DNA from: Halogeometricum borinquense DSM 11551
GTDB lineage: Archaea > Halobacteriota > Halobacteria > Halobacteriales > Haloferacaceae
Length of the DNA: 32,000 bases
Reading direction: 5' to 3'
NCBI RefSeq assembly: GCF_000172995.2
Contig: NC_014735.1
Span: 330,001-362,000 of the forward strand
Within the stretch, counting starts at the first letter, position 1; each line of letters begins with the position of its first letter. The position numbers and the translations under genes were made by a program. The notes under the pieces were generated by a model that saw only the letters and a list, made by a program, of their open reading frames with translations, had not been told where the DNA came from and made no database searches. Below are positions 8,998 through 18,180 of the stretch, one piece after another.

Positions 8998-11900
8998 TCA
9001 GTCGTCTCTTGTTGTTTCGCCACGACCGCCCACATCAGGTGTTGTAAGCACAGACTCGTCCGTCTCGGGACCGAGTGGTTCGACGCGGACGCTCGACACC
9101 TTGTACTCTGGAATGCCCGTCTGCGGGTCGAAATTCTCCTGCGTGAGTTTGTTGACGGCACCGGCAGCAAAGTGCATCGGAATGAACAACGTTCCGTTCC
9201 CGACACGGTCGGTAATGGTCGCCTTGACGACGATAGCCCCGCGCCGGGACTCGACACGGACGTACTCGCCGTCCTCGACACCAATCTGTGCTGCCGTCTC
9301 AGGGCTTATCTCGACGAAACTCTCTCCGACGTGGCTCATCAGACCCTCGACGCGACGCGTGATTTGCCCGGTGTGCCAGTGGTAGAGAACGCGGCCCGAA
9401 GTGAGCGTGTACGGGAACGCTTCGTCCGGCAGTTCACCGGGATGGCCGCCGTCGGCGGGAACGAACCGCGCGAGTCCGTCGTCAAAGTTGAAATTCCCCT
9501 CCTCGTAGTCGTAGAGATACGGTGTACCCGGGTGGGTTTCATCCCAACACGGCCACTGGAGACCGTGTTCGTCGCCGTTTTCCAATCGGTCGTACGTGAC
9601 ACCGCCGTAGATTGGCGCGAGACTGCTGATTTCCGCCATCACCTCTTTTGGATGGTCGTAGTCCCACTCGTAACCGAGGCGATTCGCCAACGCCTGCGTG
9701 ATTTCCCAGTCCTGTCGGGCCTCACCCGGCGGATCGGAACTCGGACGAACGCGTTGGATACGACGTTCGGTGTTGGTGAACGTGCCGTGCTTTTCGGGCG
9801 ACGTGGCCGCAGGCAGTATCACGTCCGCGTACTCGGCGGTCTCGGTCACGAAGATGTCTTGGACGGCGAGAAAGTCGATCTGCTCTAACGCCTCGGCAGC
9901 GTGTGTTACGTCCGGTTCCGAGAGCGCGGGGTTCTCCCCGACGATATACATCCCTTTGAGGTTCCCCTCGTGTATCTCCGAGAACATCTCCGGAACTTTG
10001 AGGCCGGGTTCTTCGGGCGGTCGCTCGCCCCACGCCTCGGCAAACTTCTCGCCTACGTCGTCGTCCGCCGGGTCTTGATACCCCGGCAGACTCCCCGGAA
10101 GGGTCCCCATGTCACCGCCACCGCCCTGAACGTTGTTCTGCCCGCGGAACGGCGAGAGACCGGCACCCTCTTTCCCCACCTGTCCGAGCGTGAGCGCCAA
10201 ATCGGCCATCGCGATGAGGTTCTCGGTGCCGTGACTGGATTGTGTCATCCCCATCGCCCACCCGAACACGACGGTGTCTGCGGCCGCGAGCGTCTCGGCC
10301 GCGGCGGCCAGTTCGTCCGGGGAAACACCCGCGAGTTCTTCGACTCGCTCGGGGGTGAACGCCTGAACCTTCTTTTTGACGCTCTCGAACCCCTTCGTGT
10401 TTCGCTCGATGAAGGCCGTATCGTGTAAGTCGTTCTCGATAAGATACCGGATGAGACCGTTGAGCCATGCAACGTCGTATCCGGGTCGCGTCCGAGTGTA
10501 CTGGTCTGCGTGTTCGGCAATACCGACTTTCCGCGGGTCGAAAACGATGAGATCAGCACCGTCGCGGACGTTCTGCTTGATTCGCGTCGCCAACACGGGG
10601 TGTGATTCGGTCGTGTTGGACCCGCTGATGAGGTACGCGTCGGCGTGGCCGATATCTTCGTTAATGCGGTTCGTCATCGCGCCGTACCCGAGCGTCTGCT
10701 GGAGTGCCGCGACAGTCGAAGAGTGGCACAGACGCGCGCAGTTGTCGATGTTCTTCGTGCCGAGCACCTGTCGTGCGAACTTCTGGACCAGATACGCCTC
10801 CTCATTGGTCCCTTTCGAAGATGCAAGACAGCCCACGGTATCGACGCCGTGTTCGTCCTGAATTTCGGACAGGCGATCAGCAACGTAATCGAGAGCATTT
10901 TCCCAACTGGTCGGTTCGAATTCGCCCGCATCGTTGCGAACGAGCGGTCGGGTGAGTCGCTTCCGACTGTTTGCAAACTCGTGACCGAATTTCCCCTTCA
11001 CGCAGGTCGAGAAGTTGTTCGCGGGTGCACTATCAGGGTCTTCGATAGGGACGACACCCAGCGAGTCGCCGTCTTTGCCCCACATCTCGAACCGACAGCC
11101 GACAGCGCAGAACCCGCAGGTCGTCTCTGCACGGTTTAGCTTCCCGAGTCGGTACGCTCCGACGGCGCTCGCAACGTCGAACAGTCGTCCTTCAGGGAGC
11201 GTGTTGGCCGCGATACCTTCGGCGGTGTGTTCCCCGGTAAGCATGAGTTTCCGCCCGATGTCGTCGGCGCGGCGCTTCGCGTTCGCCATAAATCGCGCAA
11301 CGCCTGACCGGTCGGCGGCATCGCCCTCATCTCCGTCACGAACCCCGAACGAACGGTTCGGAGCGGGCGTGTCGTCTATCGTTTCGACGGACTCGTGATC
11401 GATGACCGTTCCGACCGAGTTTCGTTGGGTAAAACCCGGAAGTGGAAGCGTTCCGGCCCCGCCGATTCCTTTCTCGGTGATCGAACCGGTCGGGCAAACC
11501 GTCGCACAGTGCCCGCACGAGACGCACTCTGAGTCAGCCATCGTCTCGGCGTCCGACTGAAATCCGATTCGGGTGTCCGGACCGCTCCCTTCAATGCGAA
11601 GAACCCCCTCGACCTGTACGTCGTTGCAGGCTTCGACACAGCGGTTACAGAGGATACACTTGTTGCGGTCGATCTGGATGAACGACGAGGTGTCGTCCAG
11701 CGGTTCGTACTCCGCGCGGTCGTCGAAAACGCCGTATCGGGGATGCTCGACATCCGCACCGATAGCTGTCTCTTGAAGTTCACACCGACCGTTTCCGTTA
11801 CAGGTCGTACAGCGCAGATTGTGATTCGAGAGGACGAGATCGAGGTTGACGCTCCGAGACTCCGCGGCGTCCACCGTGTCGGTCCGGACGCGAAGACCGT

Positions 11901-12294
11901 CTTCCGCGGGGAACGAACAGGACGGGACGAGTCCGTGTTCGTCGGTCTCGACGATACAGGTTCGGCACTCACTACGTGGGCCGACTTCGTCGCTACAGTC
12001 ACCCTCGCGGTCGTAGTAACAGAGTGCGGGAACGTCGGCATCGTCGTGGAGGACATCCGCACCGGGGCTGACAGTAACCGTCTGATCACTGGCCGCCTGC
12101 ATGGCATCGATTACCGTCGAACCCGGGGGGACGGTCACGAGTTCGTCGTTCACTCGGAGCGTCGTCGACGCGTCTCCGGACGTTCCGGTCGGCGGATCAG
12201 ACGCAGTTCCGGTCTCGAACTCGCTCGTGACCGGTGTTTGGGGCCGCGGGTCGGTAACGTCAGGGATGCTCGGTAGTGGGTCGTCAGTGCTCAT
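8998..12294 (-). CDS. fdhA: formate dehydrogenase alpha subunit, fused 2Fe-2S / 4Fe-4S / molybdopterin oxidoreductase (Cys-type)
   Basis: 1098 aa. The N-terminal 2Fe-2S region is CYYDREGDCSDEVGPRSECRTC, followed by a NuoG-like HNLRCTTCNGNGRCE cluster. There are two ferredoxin motifs, CILCNRCVEAC and CVSCGHCATVC, and a MopB cluster CGFCAVGC. The active-site region NCARLCHSSTV carries Cys where selenoenzymes have Sec. The frame contains no internal TGA. Confidence 0.9.
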   Translation of the reverse strand: MSTDDPLPSIPDVTDPRPQTPVTSEFETGTASDPPTGTSGDASTTLRVNDELVTVPPGSTVIDAMQAASDQTVTVSPGADVLHDDADVPALCYYDREGDCSDEVGPRSECRTCIVETDEHGLVPSCSFPAEDGLRVRTDTVDAAESRSVNLDLVLSNHNLRCTTCNGNGRCELQETAIGADVEHPRYGVFDDRAEYEPLDDTSSFIQIDRNKCILCNRCVEACNDVQVEGVLRIEGSGPDTRIGFQSDAETMADSECVSCGHCATVCPTGSITEKGIGGAGTLPLPGFTQRNSVGTVIDHESVETIDDTPAPNRSFGVRDGDEGDAADRSGVARFMANAKRRADDIGRKLMLTGEHTAEGIAANTLPEGRLFDVASAVGAYRLGKLNRAETTCGFCAVGCRFEMWGKDGDSLGVVPIEDPDSAPANNFSTCVKGKFGHEFANSRKRLTRPLVRNDAGEFEPTSWENALDYVADRLSEIQDEHGVDTVGCLASSKGTNEEAYLVQKFARQVLGTKNIDNCARLCHSSTVAALQQTLGYGAMTNRINEDIGHADAYLISGSNTTESHPVLATRIKQNVRDGADLIVFDPRKVGIAEHADQYTRTRPGYDVAWLNGLIRYLIENDLHDTAFIERNTKGFESVKKKVQAFTPERVEELAGVSPDELAAAAETLAAADTVVFGWAMGMTQSSHGTENLIAMADLALTLGQVGKEGAGLSPFRGQNNVQGGGGDMGTLPGSLPGYQDPADDDVGEKFAEAWGERPPEEPGLKVPEMFSEIHEGNLKGMYIVGENPALSEPDVTHAAEALEQIDFLAVQDIFVTETAEYADVILPAATSPEKHGTFTNTERRIQRVRPSSDPPGEARQDWEITQALANRLGYEWDYDHPKEVMAEISSLAPIYGGVTYDRLENGDEHGLQWPCWDETHPGTPYLYDYEEGNFNFDDGLARFVPADGGHPGELPDEAFPYTLTSGRVLYHWHTGQITRRVEGLMSHVGESFVEISPETAAQIGVEDGEYVRVESRRGAIVVKATITDRVGNGTLFIPMHFAAGAVNKLTQENFDPQTGIPEYKVSSVRVEPLGPETDESVLTTPDVGGRGETTRDD

Positions 12295-12634
12295 GATGCC
12301 TCCAGACCGGAGCAGGTGGGATGGGTGTCGTCAGCGCGTCCTCTGACTGTCGGTGCAGTCGTAACGAATCCCGAGTCGGCCGCATCTCGGACGGCAGCAG
12401 TGACCGCCTCGAAGTCACTCCCGCTGAGACCGAACCGGGCGGAAAAACGGAATATCGGCCGTCAGAACTCGGTCTTCGTACCATCTACTCAGATATCGGT
12501 CCGGGTGAGGTAAAAAATGCCGGTGCGAGGCTACGTGGAGGCCGCGGGATAAGCGAACGAAATGAATCGCCAGCGACCGATGCAACGCGTCCGCTGGCAA
12601 AGGGGTTAGGAGACTCGGGGTCACGTTGTGCAGT

Positions 12635-12907
12635 ATGGAGAACCCACAGTTCGACGAAGTCAGAGCGGACGCCGCAGCAGCGATTACGGATGGCAATCTC
12701 CGTTCGGTTTACACCGGTCTCGTCCACGAAAATGGCCGCCACGAGTACTACTTCGGCAACGACACCGAACGTGCGGACGAACTCAGAGAAACTGCGGCGA
12801 TTCAACTTGGAATGCTCGTTCGCGTTCTTGCGGACCGATCAGACAGCAGCGTCGATGAGATAGCCGAACTCGCCGCCGAGCGTGCCGAGAACATGGAACT
12901 TCGGTAA
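12635..12907 (+). CDS. small acidic hypothetical protein (90 aa)
   Basis: The composition is acidic and haloarchaeal-like: MENPQFDEVRADAAAAITDGNLRSVYTGLVHENGRHEYYFGNDTERADELRETAAIQLG... I prefer ATG 12635 over the TTG at 12626. I do not recognise a family. Confidence 0.6.
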   Translation: MENPQFDEVRADAAAAITDGNLRSVYTGLVHENGRHEYYFGNDTERADELRETAAIQLGMLVRVLADRSDSSVDEIAELAAERAENMELR

Positions 12908-12921
12908 CTCGTCAGTTCGAA

Positions 12922-13122
12922 TTACTGTATCTCGACGGCACCACACTCGGGACACGTCACTTTGACATCACCGGGGTCCTCGTCCGACTCATCTACGAGT
13001 TCGTATCCCCTCGCGCACTCTTCGTGGAGGAACACGCGATGCTCGGCGTGGTCCGCAAGGAGGATATCGTCCCGTTCGTCCGGAAGGACGAGTCCATGAC
13101 AAAAGTAGCACTCGCCGTCCAT
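12922..13122 (-). CDS. small zinc-finger protein (CxxH...CPxCG type, 66 aa)
   Basis: MDGECYFCHG...VTCPECGAVEIQ has two metal-ligand pairs at the termini and an acidic core. This is typical of small haloarchaeal CPxCG zinc-finger proteins. Confidence 0.7.
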   Translation of the reverse strand: MDGECYFCHGLVLPDERDDILLADHAEHRVFLHEECARGYELVDESDEDPGDVKVTCPECGAVEIQ

Positions 13123-13268
13123 AGTTGTATATGGCTACTAATCGTGATATATTTGTCCCTCAATACAGGTGCAATTGCGACAGAGAGCAGTCTGAGGTGG
13201 GAAACGTAGCTGAGAGGCTCAGATAGAGAAATATCCAAGACTAAGACGCTCGACGGCAAACAGTCAGT

Positions 13269-14132
13269 ATGGAATATCGGTACACCGGTGACGCCCACAA
13301 ACGGTTGTTCGCCTCGTATCATGACGATACCGACCCGTTTCCGAAGCCGACAGCGATGGAGTTTCCGACGCAGCGGTACAGACGCGAGGAGGTCGATATT
13401 CTGAAGCGATTGTTCTTCCCGACGTGCTGGAACGCCGCCGGTCTCGTCCGAGACAAATCGGCAGTCCTTGACGAACTCGACAACCTCGGCTCTCTTTTCT
13501 ACGCCGGGATTCGCCCATATGCAGACGACGACCCGTCTCGCACGGTCGAACAGATTCTCAACGAACTACCGAAGATTCGGGCAACGCTGAAAAAAGACGT
13601 CGAAGCCGCGTACAAGGGCGACCCGGCGGCGAAGACGTACATGGAGATCATCAGGTCGTATCCGGGATTTCTCGCCATCATGGTCCAGCGCGTCGCCCAC
13701 GAACTCTACAAACGAGACGCGGGTGAGTACGCCCGCGAACTGACCGAGTTCGCCAAAACACAGTCCGGAATCGACATCCATCCCGGTGCCGAGATTGGCG
13801 AGTATTTCTTCATCGACCACGGGACCGGCGTCGTCATCGGGGAGACGGCAACCGTCGGCGACTGGGTCCGGATCTACCAAGACGTGACGCTCGGCGCACT
13901 GCACTTCGAGAAGGACGAGACCGAAGAGCACAAATTAAAGAAGGGGTACAAGCGACACCCGGACATCGGAGACCACGTCGTCATCGGTGCCGGTACGAAG
14001 GTGCTGGGTGCGATTACCGTCGGTGACCACGTCAGCGTCGGTGCCAACTCGTGGGTGTCCGAGGACGTTCCGGATCACACGAAGGTACTCGTCACAGATC
14101 ATCCGACGCAGAAACGGAAAAGTACGGACTAA
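13269..14132 (+). CDS. cysE: serine O-acetyltransferase
   Basis: AAYKGDPAAKTYMEIIRSYPGFLAIMVQRVAHELY is followed by the hexapeptide-repeat core IDIHPGAEIGEYFFIDHGTGVVIGETATVGDWVRIYQDVTLG...IGDHVVIGAGTKVLG. Confidence 0.9.
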   Translation: MEYRYTGDAHKRLFASYHDDTDPFPKPTAMEFPTQRYRREEVDILKRLFFPTCWNAAGLVRDKSAVLDELDNLGSLFYAGIRPYADDDPSRTVEQILNELPKIRATLKKDVEAAYKGDPAAKTYMEIIRSYPGFLAIMVQRVAHELYKRDAGEYARELTEFAKTQSGIDIHPGAEIGEYFFIDHGTGVVIGETATVGDWVRIYQDVTLGALHFEKDETEEHKLKKGYKRHPDIGDHVVIGAGTKVLGAITVGDHVSVGANSWVSEDVPDHTKVLVTDHPTQKRKSTD

Positions 14133-14241
14133 CAGTCAGACCAACAGGGTACTGATAGAGAGGCGGACGCCGATTCGTAGCTGCCTTTTTCAACAAATAT
14201 CGTCCAAAGATACGCAAGGATAGCGACCGATAGCGTACGAT

Positions 14242-14360
14242 GACAGTGGTGATCGCGGCCGCCGCTGTCACGCGTGCGGCGCGCGAGCGGTGCAACAGGC
14301 GACAGTGGTGATCCACCAGTGAGTGGTGATACAACAGTGATAGTAGTGAGACAACAGTGA
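14242..14360 (+). repeat. cluster of short direct repeats in the P-type ATPase leader
   Basis: GACAGTGGTGATC occurs at 14242-14254 and 14301-14313. ACAACAGTGA occurs at 14331-14340 and 14351-14360. The whole stretch is peppered with (A/G)GTGA. A 7-bp-stem hairpin CTGGTAC-n8-GTACCAG follows at 14369-14390. Confidence 0.7.
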
Positions 14361-14448
14361 CGAGCCAACTGGTACGCAAGTCAGTACCAGCAGAACAACA
14401 GAAACTATTGTTTCGGTAGCGACAAAACACGAACGGCAACGAACGCTG

Positions 14449-17139
14449 ATGGATTGGCACGCACGCGACCCCGAAGAGAGCTACGAGGAACTGGATACGA
14501 CCGCGTCCGGCCTCTCAGCCACAGACGCCGCCGAGCGCTACGAGACGGTTGGTCCGAACGAAATCACGGGTGAGCGACAGCGAGGTCCACTGCGGATCTT
14601 CCTCGCACAGTTCTCCAGCGCGCTCATCTGGGTACTACTGCTCGCGGCAGTACTCTCGTTCAGCATCGGCCACACTGTTGACGCGGTTCTCATCGGTATT
14701 ATCCTCCTCGCAAACGGCGCCTTCGGATTCGTCCAGGAGTACCGCGCAGAGCAGAGCCTGGACGCCCTCCGAGAACTGACGACGCCGACAGTGACTGTCC
14801 GCCGCGACGGCGACGAACAGAGCGTGGAGGCGACGGAACTGGTTCCCGGTGATATCGTCGTCGTCGGACAGGGGGATGTCGTCCCCGCGGACTGCCGACT
14901 CGTCGAAGCGCAGAACATGGAAATCGACGAGTCCGCACTAACCGGCGAGAGCGTTCCCGTCAAGAAGACGACGGAGGCGGTGAACGCCGACACGCCGCTG
15001 GCAGAACGGGAGAGTATGGCCTACAAAGGGACGAACGTCACCCGCGGTCGAGGCGTCGCCGTCGTCGTCTCAACCGGGATGGAAACCGAAGTTGGTTCCA
15101 TCGCAGAGGCGCTGAGTAGCGCAGAGGATCTTCAGACGCCGCTCCAACAGGATTTAGACCGACTCGGTCGCCGCCTCGGACTCGGCGTCGTCGCGCTCTC
15201 GGCCGTTCTCGTCCCGCTACTCGTCTTCGTCGGTGGGAGATCACTCGTTCAATCAGGGCTTACAGCCGTCTCGTTGGCCGTAGCGGCGGTTCCAGAGGGC
15301 CTCCCAGCCGTCGTCACGCTGACGCTCGCACTCGGCGTGCGTCGAATGGCCGACGAGAACGCCCTCGTTCGGACGCTTCCAGCGGTCGAAGCCCTCGGTG
15401 CCGTGGACGTGGTCTGTACGGACAAGACGGGGACGCTGACGGAGGGAGAGATGCGCGTCCGTGGTGCCTGGGTGTACGGCCAAGCGTTCGACATCGGGCG
15501 GGATTCGGCGGGAAATCCAGCGGAAAAAGCGACGAGTGAATCGGCAGACAAAGGGAGAGACAAGCCAGCGGATGAGGAAGCGGGAGAGAGAGCAGACGAG
15601 CGGTTCGACCGACTCCTCGAAATCGGCGCACTCTGCAACGATGCGACAACCGAGGAGGGCGATCCGACGGAACGGGCACTCGTTGCGGCCGCGGAGCGGC
15701 GGTTCGACGTTGCTGCTCGCAGAGCGGAGCGTCCGCGACGGGACGAAGTTCCGTTCTCCTCGGAGCGAAAACGGATGGCGACGATTCACGACGACGTAGT
15801 GTACGTCAAGGGTGCGCCGGACGAGATTCTCCGCCGGACGACGCGTGTCCTCACCGCAGAGGGGATCACAACGATGGACGACGACGTGCGAACGCGAATC
15901 CGCGACCAGATAGACGAATTCGCCGCAGACGCGCTTCGCGTCCTCGCGTTCGCTTACAAGGACCGAGATGACGACGGTGGTCCCGAGGAGAATCTCATTT
16001 TCGTTGGCCTCCAAGGTCTCATCGACCCACCGCGCGAGGAGGTACGCGACGCTATCGAGGACACAAAACGGGCGGGAATCGACGTGAAGGTCATCACCGG
16101 CGACCATCCGACGACTGGGCAGGCGATTGCCTCGCAGGTCGGCGTCGAATCGGACGTGCTGAGTGGTGCTGACGTGGACTCGATGGACGAGGACGAACTG
16201 CGGGAGCGTGTCGAAGACGTAGACGTGTTCGCCCGAGCGGAGCCCTCGCACAAGGTGCGTATCCTCAAGTCGCTGCAAGCGAACGGCCATCGAGTGGCGA
16301 TGACCGGGGACGGCATCAACGACGCGCCGGCGCTGAAAAACGCCGATGTCGGGATCGCCATGGGCGTTCGCGGTACCGACGTGGCAAAGCAAGCGAGCGA
16401 CATCATCCTGTTGGACGACAACTACGCGACAATTCGCAACGCGATCAGACGCGGACGAACAATCTTCGACAACGTCTGGAAGTTCGTCGCCTATCTGCTC
16501 AGCGCGAACGTCGCCGAGGTGTTGGTTGTGTTTATCGCGTCGTTATTCGGTTATCTCATCCTTCCAGCAGTTCAACTACTGTGGATAAACCTCCTCACCG
16601 ATGGTCTCCCGGCGTTAGCGCTCGGGACGGATCCCTCGGGAGATGTGATGGATCGAACGCCGCGAGACCGCGTGACGGGCATTATCGACCGAATGATGCT
16701 CGAACTTATCAGCGGGGCGGGTGTGACAGTGACCGTTCTCATGTTGGGGCTGATGTTTTACACCCTCAACGGCGCACCGTCGGTGACGCCGTACGCGATG
16801 ACGATGGTGTTCACCGGCTTCGTCCTCTTCGAGTTCGTTAAACTCTACGTCGTCAGGTGGACGAAAGAGACGCCCACGTTCTCGAACGCGTGGCTGGCGG
16901 TCGCCGTCGTCGCGTCGTTACTCCTCCAGTTGGCCGTCCTCTACACGCCGCTTCGAACCTACTTCGGAACCGTTCCGCTCAGTGTCAGTGATTGGGGGCT
17001 GTTGGGAGCCGTGCTTCTCACCGGCGCGCCAGTTTTGGTTCTCGTCGGCTGGGTGGTCAAGCGCCGAGAAAGTGGTCACCGTCCGATACTCGATTCCGTC
17101 GAGTCCGCAGACGCTGATCTCGAACTCGGTGGTGACTGA
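14449..17139 (+). CDS. cation-transporting P-type ATPase (P2/Ca2+-type)
   Basis: 896 aa with the motifs TGES(V), the phosphorylation site [24 protein letters not shown], and the hinge [13 protein letters not shown], plus about 10 TM segments. Confidence 0.92.
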   Translation: MDWHARDPEESYEELDTTASGLSATDAAERYETVGPNEITGERQRGPLRIFLAQFSSALIWVLLLAAVLSFSIGHTVDAVLIGIILLANGAFGFVQEYRAEQSLDALRELTTPTVTVRRDGDEQSVEATELVPGDIVVVGQGDVVPADCRLVEAQNMEIDESALTGESVPVKKTTEAVNADTPLAERESMAYKGTNVTRGRGVAVVVSTGMETEVGSIAEALSSAEDLQTPLQQDLDRLGRRLGLGVVALSAVLVPLLVFVGGRSLVQSGLTAVSLAVAAVPEGLPAVVTLTLALGVRRMADENALVRTLPAVEALGAVDVVCTDKTGTLTEGEMRVRGAWVYGQAFDIGRDSAGNPAEKATSESADKGRDKPADEEAGERADERFDRLLEIGALCNDATTEEGDPTERALVAAAERRFDVAARRAERPRRDEVPFSSERKRMATIHDDVVYVKGAPDEILRRTTRVLTAEGITTMDDDVRTRIRDQIDEFAADALRVLAFAYKDRDDDGGPEENLIFVGLQGLIDPPREEVRDAIEDTKRAGIDVKVITGDHPTTGQAIASQVGVESDVLSGADVDSMDEDELRERVEDVDVFARAEPSHKVRILKSLQANGHRVAMTGDGINDAPALKNADVGIAMGVRGTDVAKQASDIILLDDNYATIRNAIRRGRTIFDNVWKFVAYLLSANVAEVLVVFIASLFGYLILPAVQLLWINLLTDGLPALALGTDPSGDVMDRTPRDRVTGIIDRMMLELISGAGVTVTVLMLGLMFYTLNGAPSVTPYAMTMVFTGFVLFEFVKLYVVRWTKETPTFSNAWLAVAVVASLLLQLAVLYTPLRTYFGTVPLSVSDWGLLGAVLLTGAPVLVLVGWVVKRRESGHRPILDSVESADADLELGGD

Positions 17140-17187
17140 CGCTCCGCCGTAGACGACGGCCACCACCAACGGCCGCTGCCGACCACC

Positions 17188-17769
17188 TCAACTCGGGAGA
17201 ACAACGTTGATTCCGGCAACGACAAGTCCCGCGAGCGCCATCCGGAACGCTGAGACGTACCAGCGCTGGCCGGAAATCGAACCCATGTACGCTCCGAAGA
17301 CGGCCAAGATGCCAGTTCCAAGAGCGACGCCGACGAATCCGGCCTCCGCCATCGAGAACACCGACCCTTCGAATGCGAACGGGACGAGCGGGACGAGGAT
17401 ACCGATCAGCGGTCCGAGTCCGCTCAGCGTCGCGTGGACGGTTCGTGCGCCACGTTTCTTCCGTTCGATCTGCGTGTCATCCAGATCAACCAGCATCGCG
17501 CGTTCGAGGCGGCGAATATCGGCCCGTGTCTCGGCGCGTTCGATCTCCCAGACGCTCCAGACGGCCGAAGTACCCAACCCGACGGCGGCACCGACACCGA
17601 TTTTCACGACGGTAAAGCCATCTGGGATACCCGAAAGAACTGCACCGACGATGATACCGATACTCGTCAGTGTCCCGTCGAACCCGTTCGAAACGAAGTA
17701 CCGACGGGCGATAGCGAGAACGGATTCGTCACGGAGGAGGCGGAGAAACCGACTCGTCGGTGACGCCAC
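17188..17769 (-). CDS. VIT1/CCC1-family (TIGR00267-like) membrane protein
   Basis: RYFVSNGFDGTLTSIGIIVGA is followed by a central charged loop and C-terminal TM segments. The GVG-type GTG start lies 5 nt after the stop of the upstream DUF211 gene, which suggests an operon. Confidence 0.7.
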   Translation of the reverse strand: MASPTSRFLRLLRDESVLAIARRYFVSNGFDGTLTSIGIIVGAVLSGIPDGFTVVKIGVGAAVGLGTSAVWSVWEIERAETRADIRRLERAMLVDLDDTQIERKKRGARTVHATLSGLGPLIGILVPLVPFAFEGSVFSMAEAGFVGVALGTGILAVFGAYMGSISGQRWYVSAFRMALAGLVVAGINVVLPS

Positions 17770-17774
17770 GACGA

Positions 17775-18065
17775 TTACCCGTCCTGCAACGTCCGGTGGT
17801 CTTCGACAATGTATTCACCGTACGCGACTTGGTCCACGGAGTGGACAGTTCCACCGAGATTTTCGATTGACTCCTCGATAGCGACGTAGTCCAAGGCGGT
17901 TCCTTCGACGGTGATTTTCACGTTCTGGACCTCCTGATCGAGTTCGATGAGCGATCCGGTGGCTGCATCCACCGTCTCGGCGTCAGCGATGTGTTCGGTG
18001 AACTTCCTCAGCGGCGGGTCGTGCGGCTTCAAAACGTCGAGTACAATGCGTCGCGCGTCGGCCAT
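17775..18065 (-). CDS. DUF211-family small protein (96 aa)
   Basis: MADARRIVLDVLKPHDPPLRKFTEHIA...VKITVEGTALDYVAIEESIENLGGTVHSVDQV matches my recollection of the archaeal DUF211/COG1888 family, which is commonly paired with a TIGR00267 membrane protein. Confidence 0.7.
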   Translation of the reverse strand: MADARRIVLDVLKPHDPPLRKFTEHIADAETVDAATGSLIELDQEVQNVKITVEGTALDYVAIEESIENLGGTVHSVDQVAYGEYIVEDHRTLQDG

Positions 18066-18180
18066 TACGTAGTCGTGTCGGCAAGCAAGCTATTAATCTC
18101 AGGGGATAACACGAAGTTCCAACGAACGCAACTCGGTCGAACCCGAACGTCTCCCACAGTCCGGTTCTCCGATTCGACCG

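Noticed and set aside
10700-10760. Possible selenocysteine in the formate dehydrogenase
   Set aside because: The frame is uninterrupted and the active-site position reads Cys (NCARLCHSSTV), so no in-frame TGA or SECIS-type explanation is needed.
12321-12863. 180-aa plus-strand ORF and 93-106 aa minus-strand ORFs in the fdhA upstream region
   Set aside because: Their composition is not protein-like (Ser/Arg/Gly-rich with few acidic residues). The 180-aa ORF also runs out of frame through the better-supported 90-aa gene.
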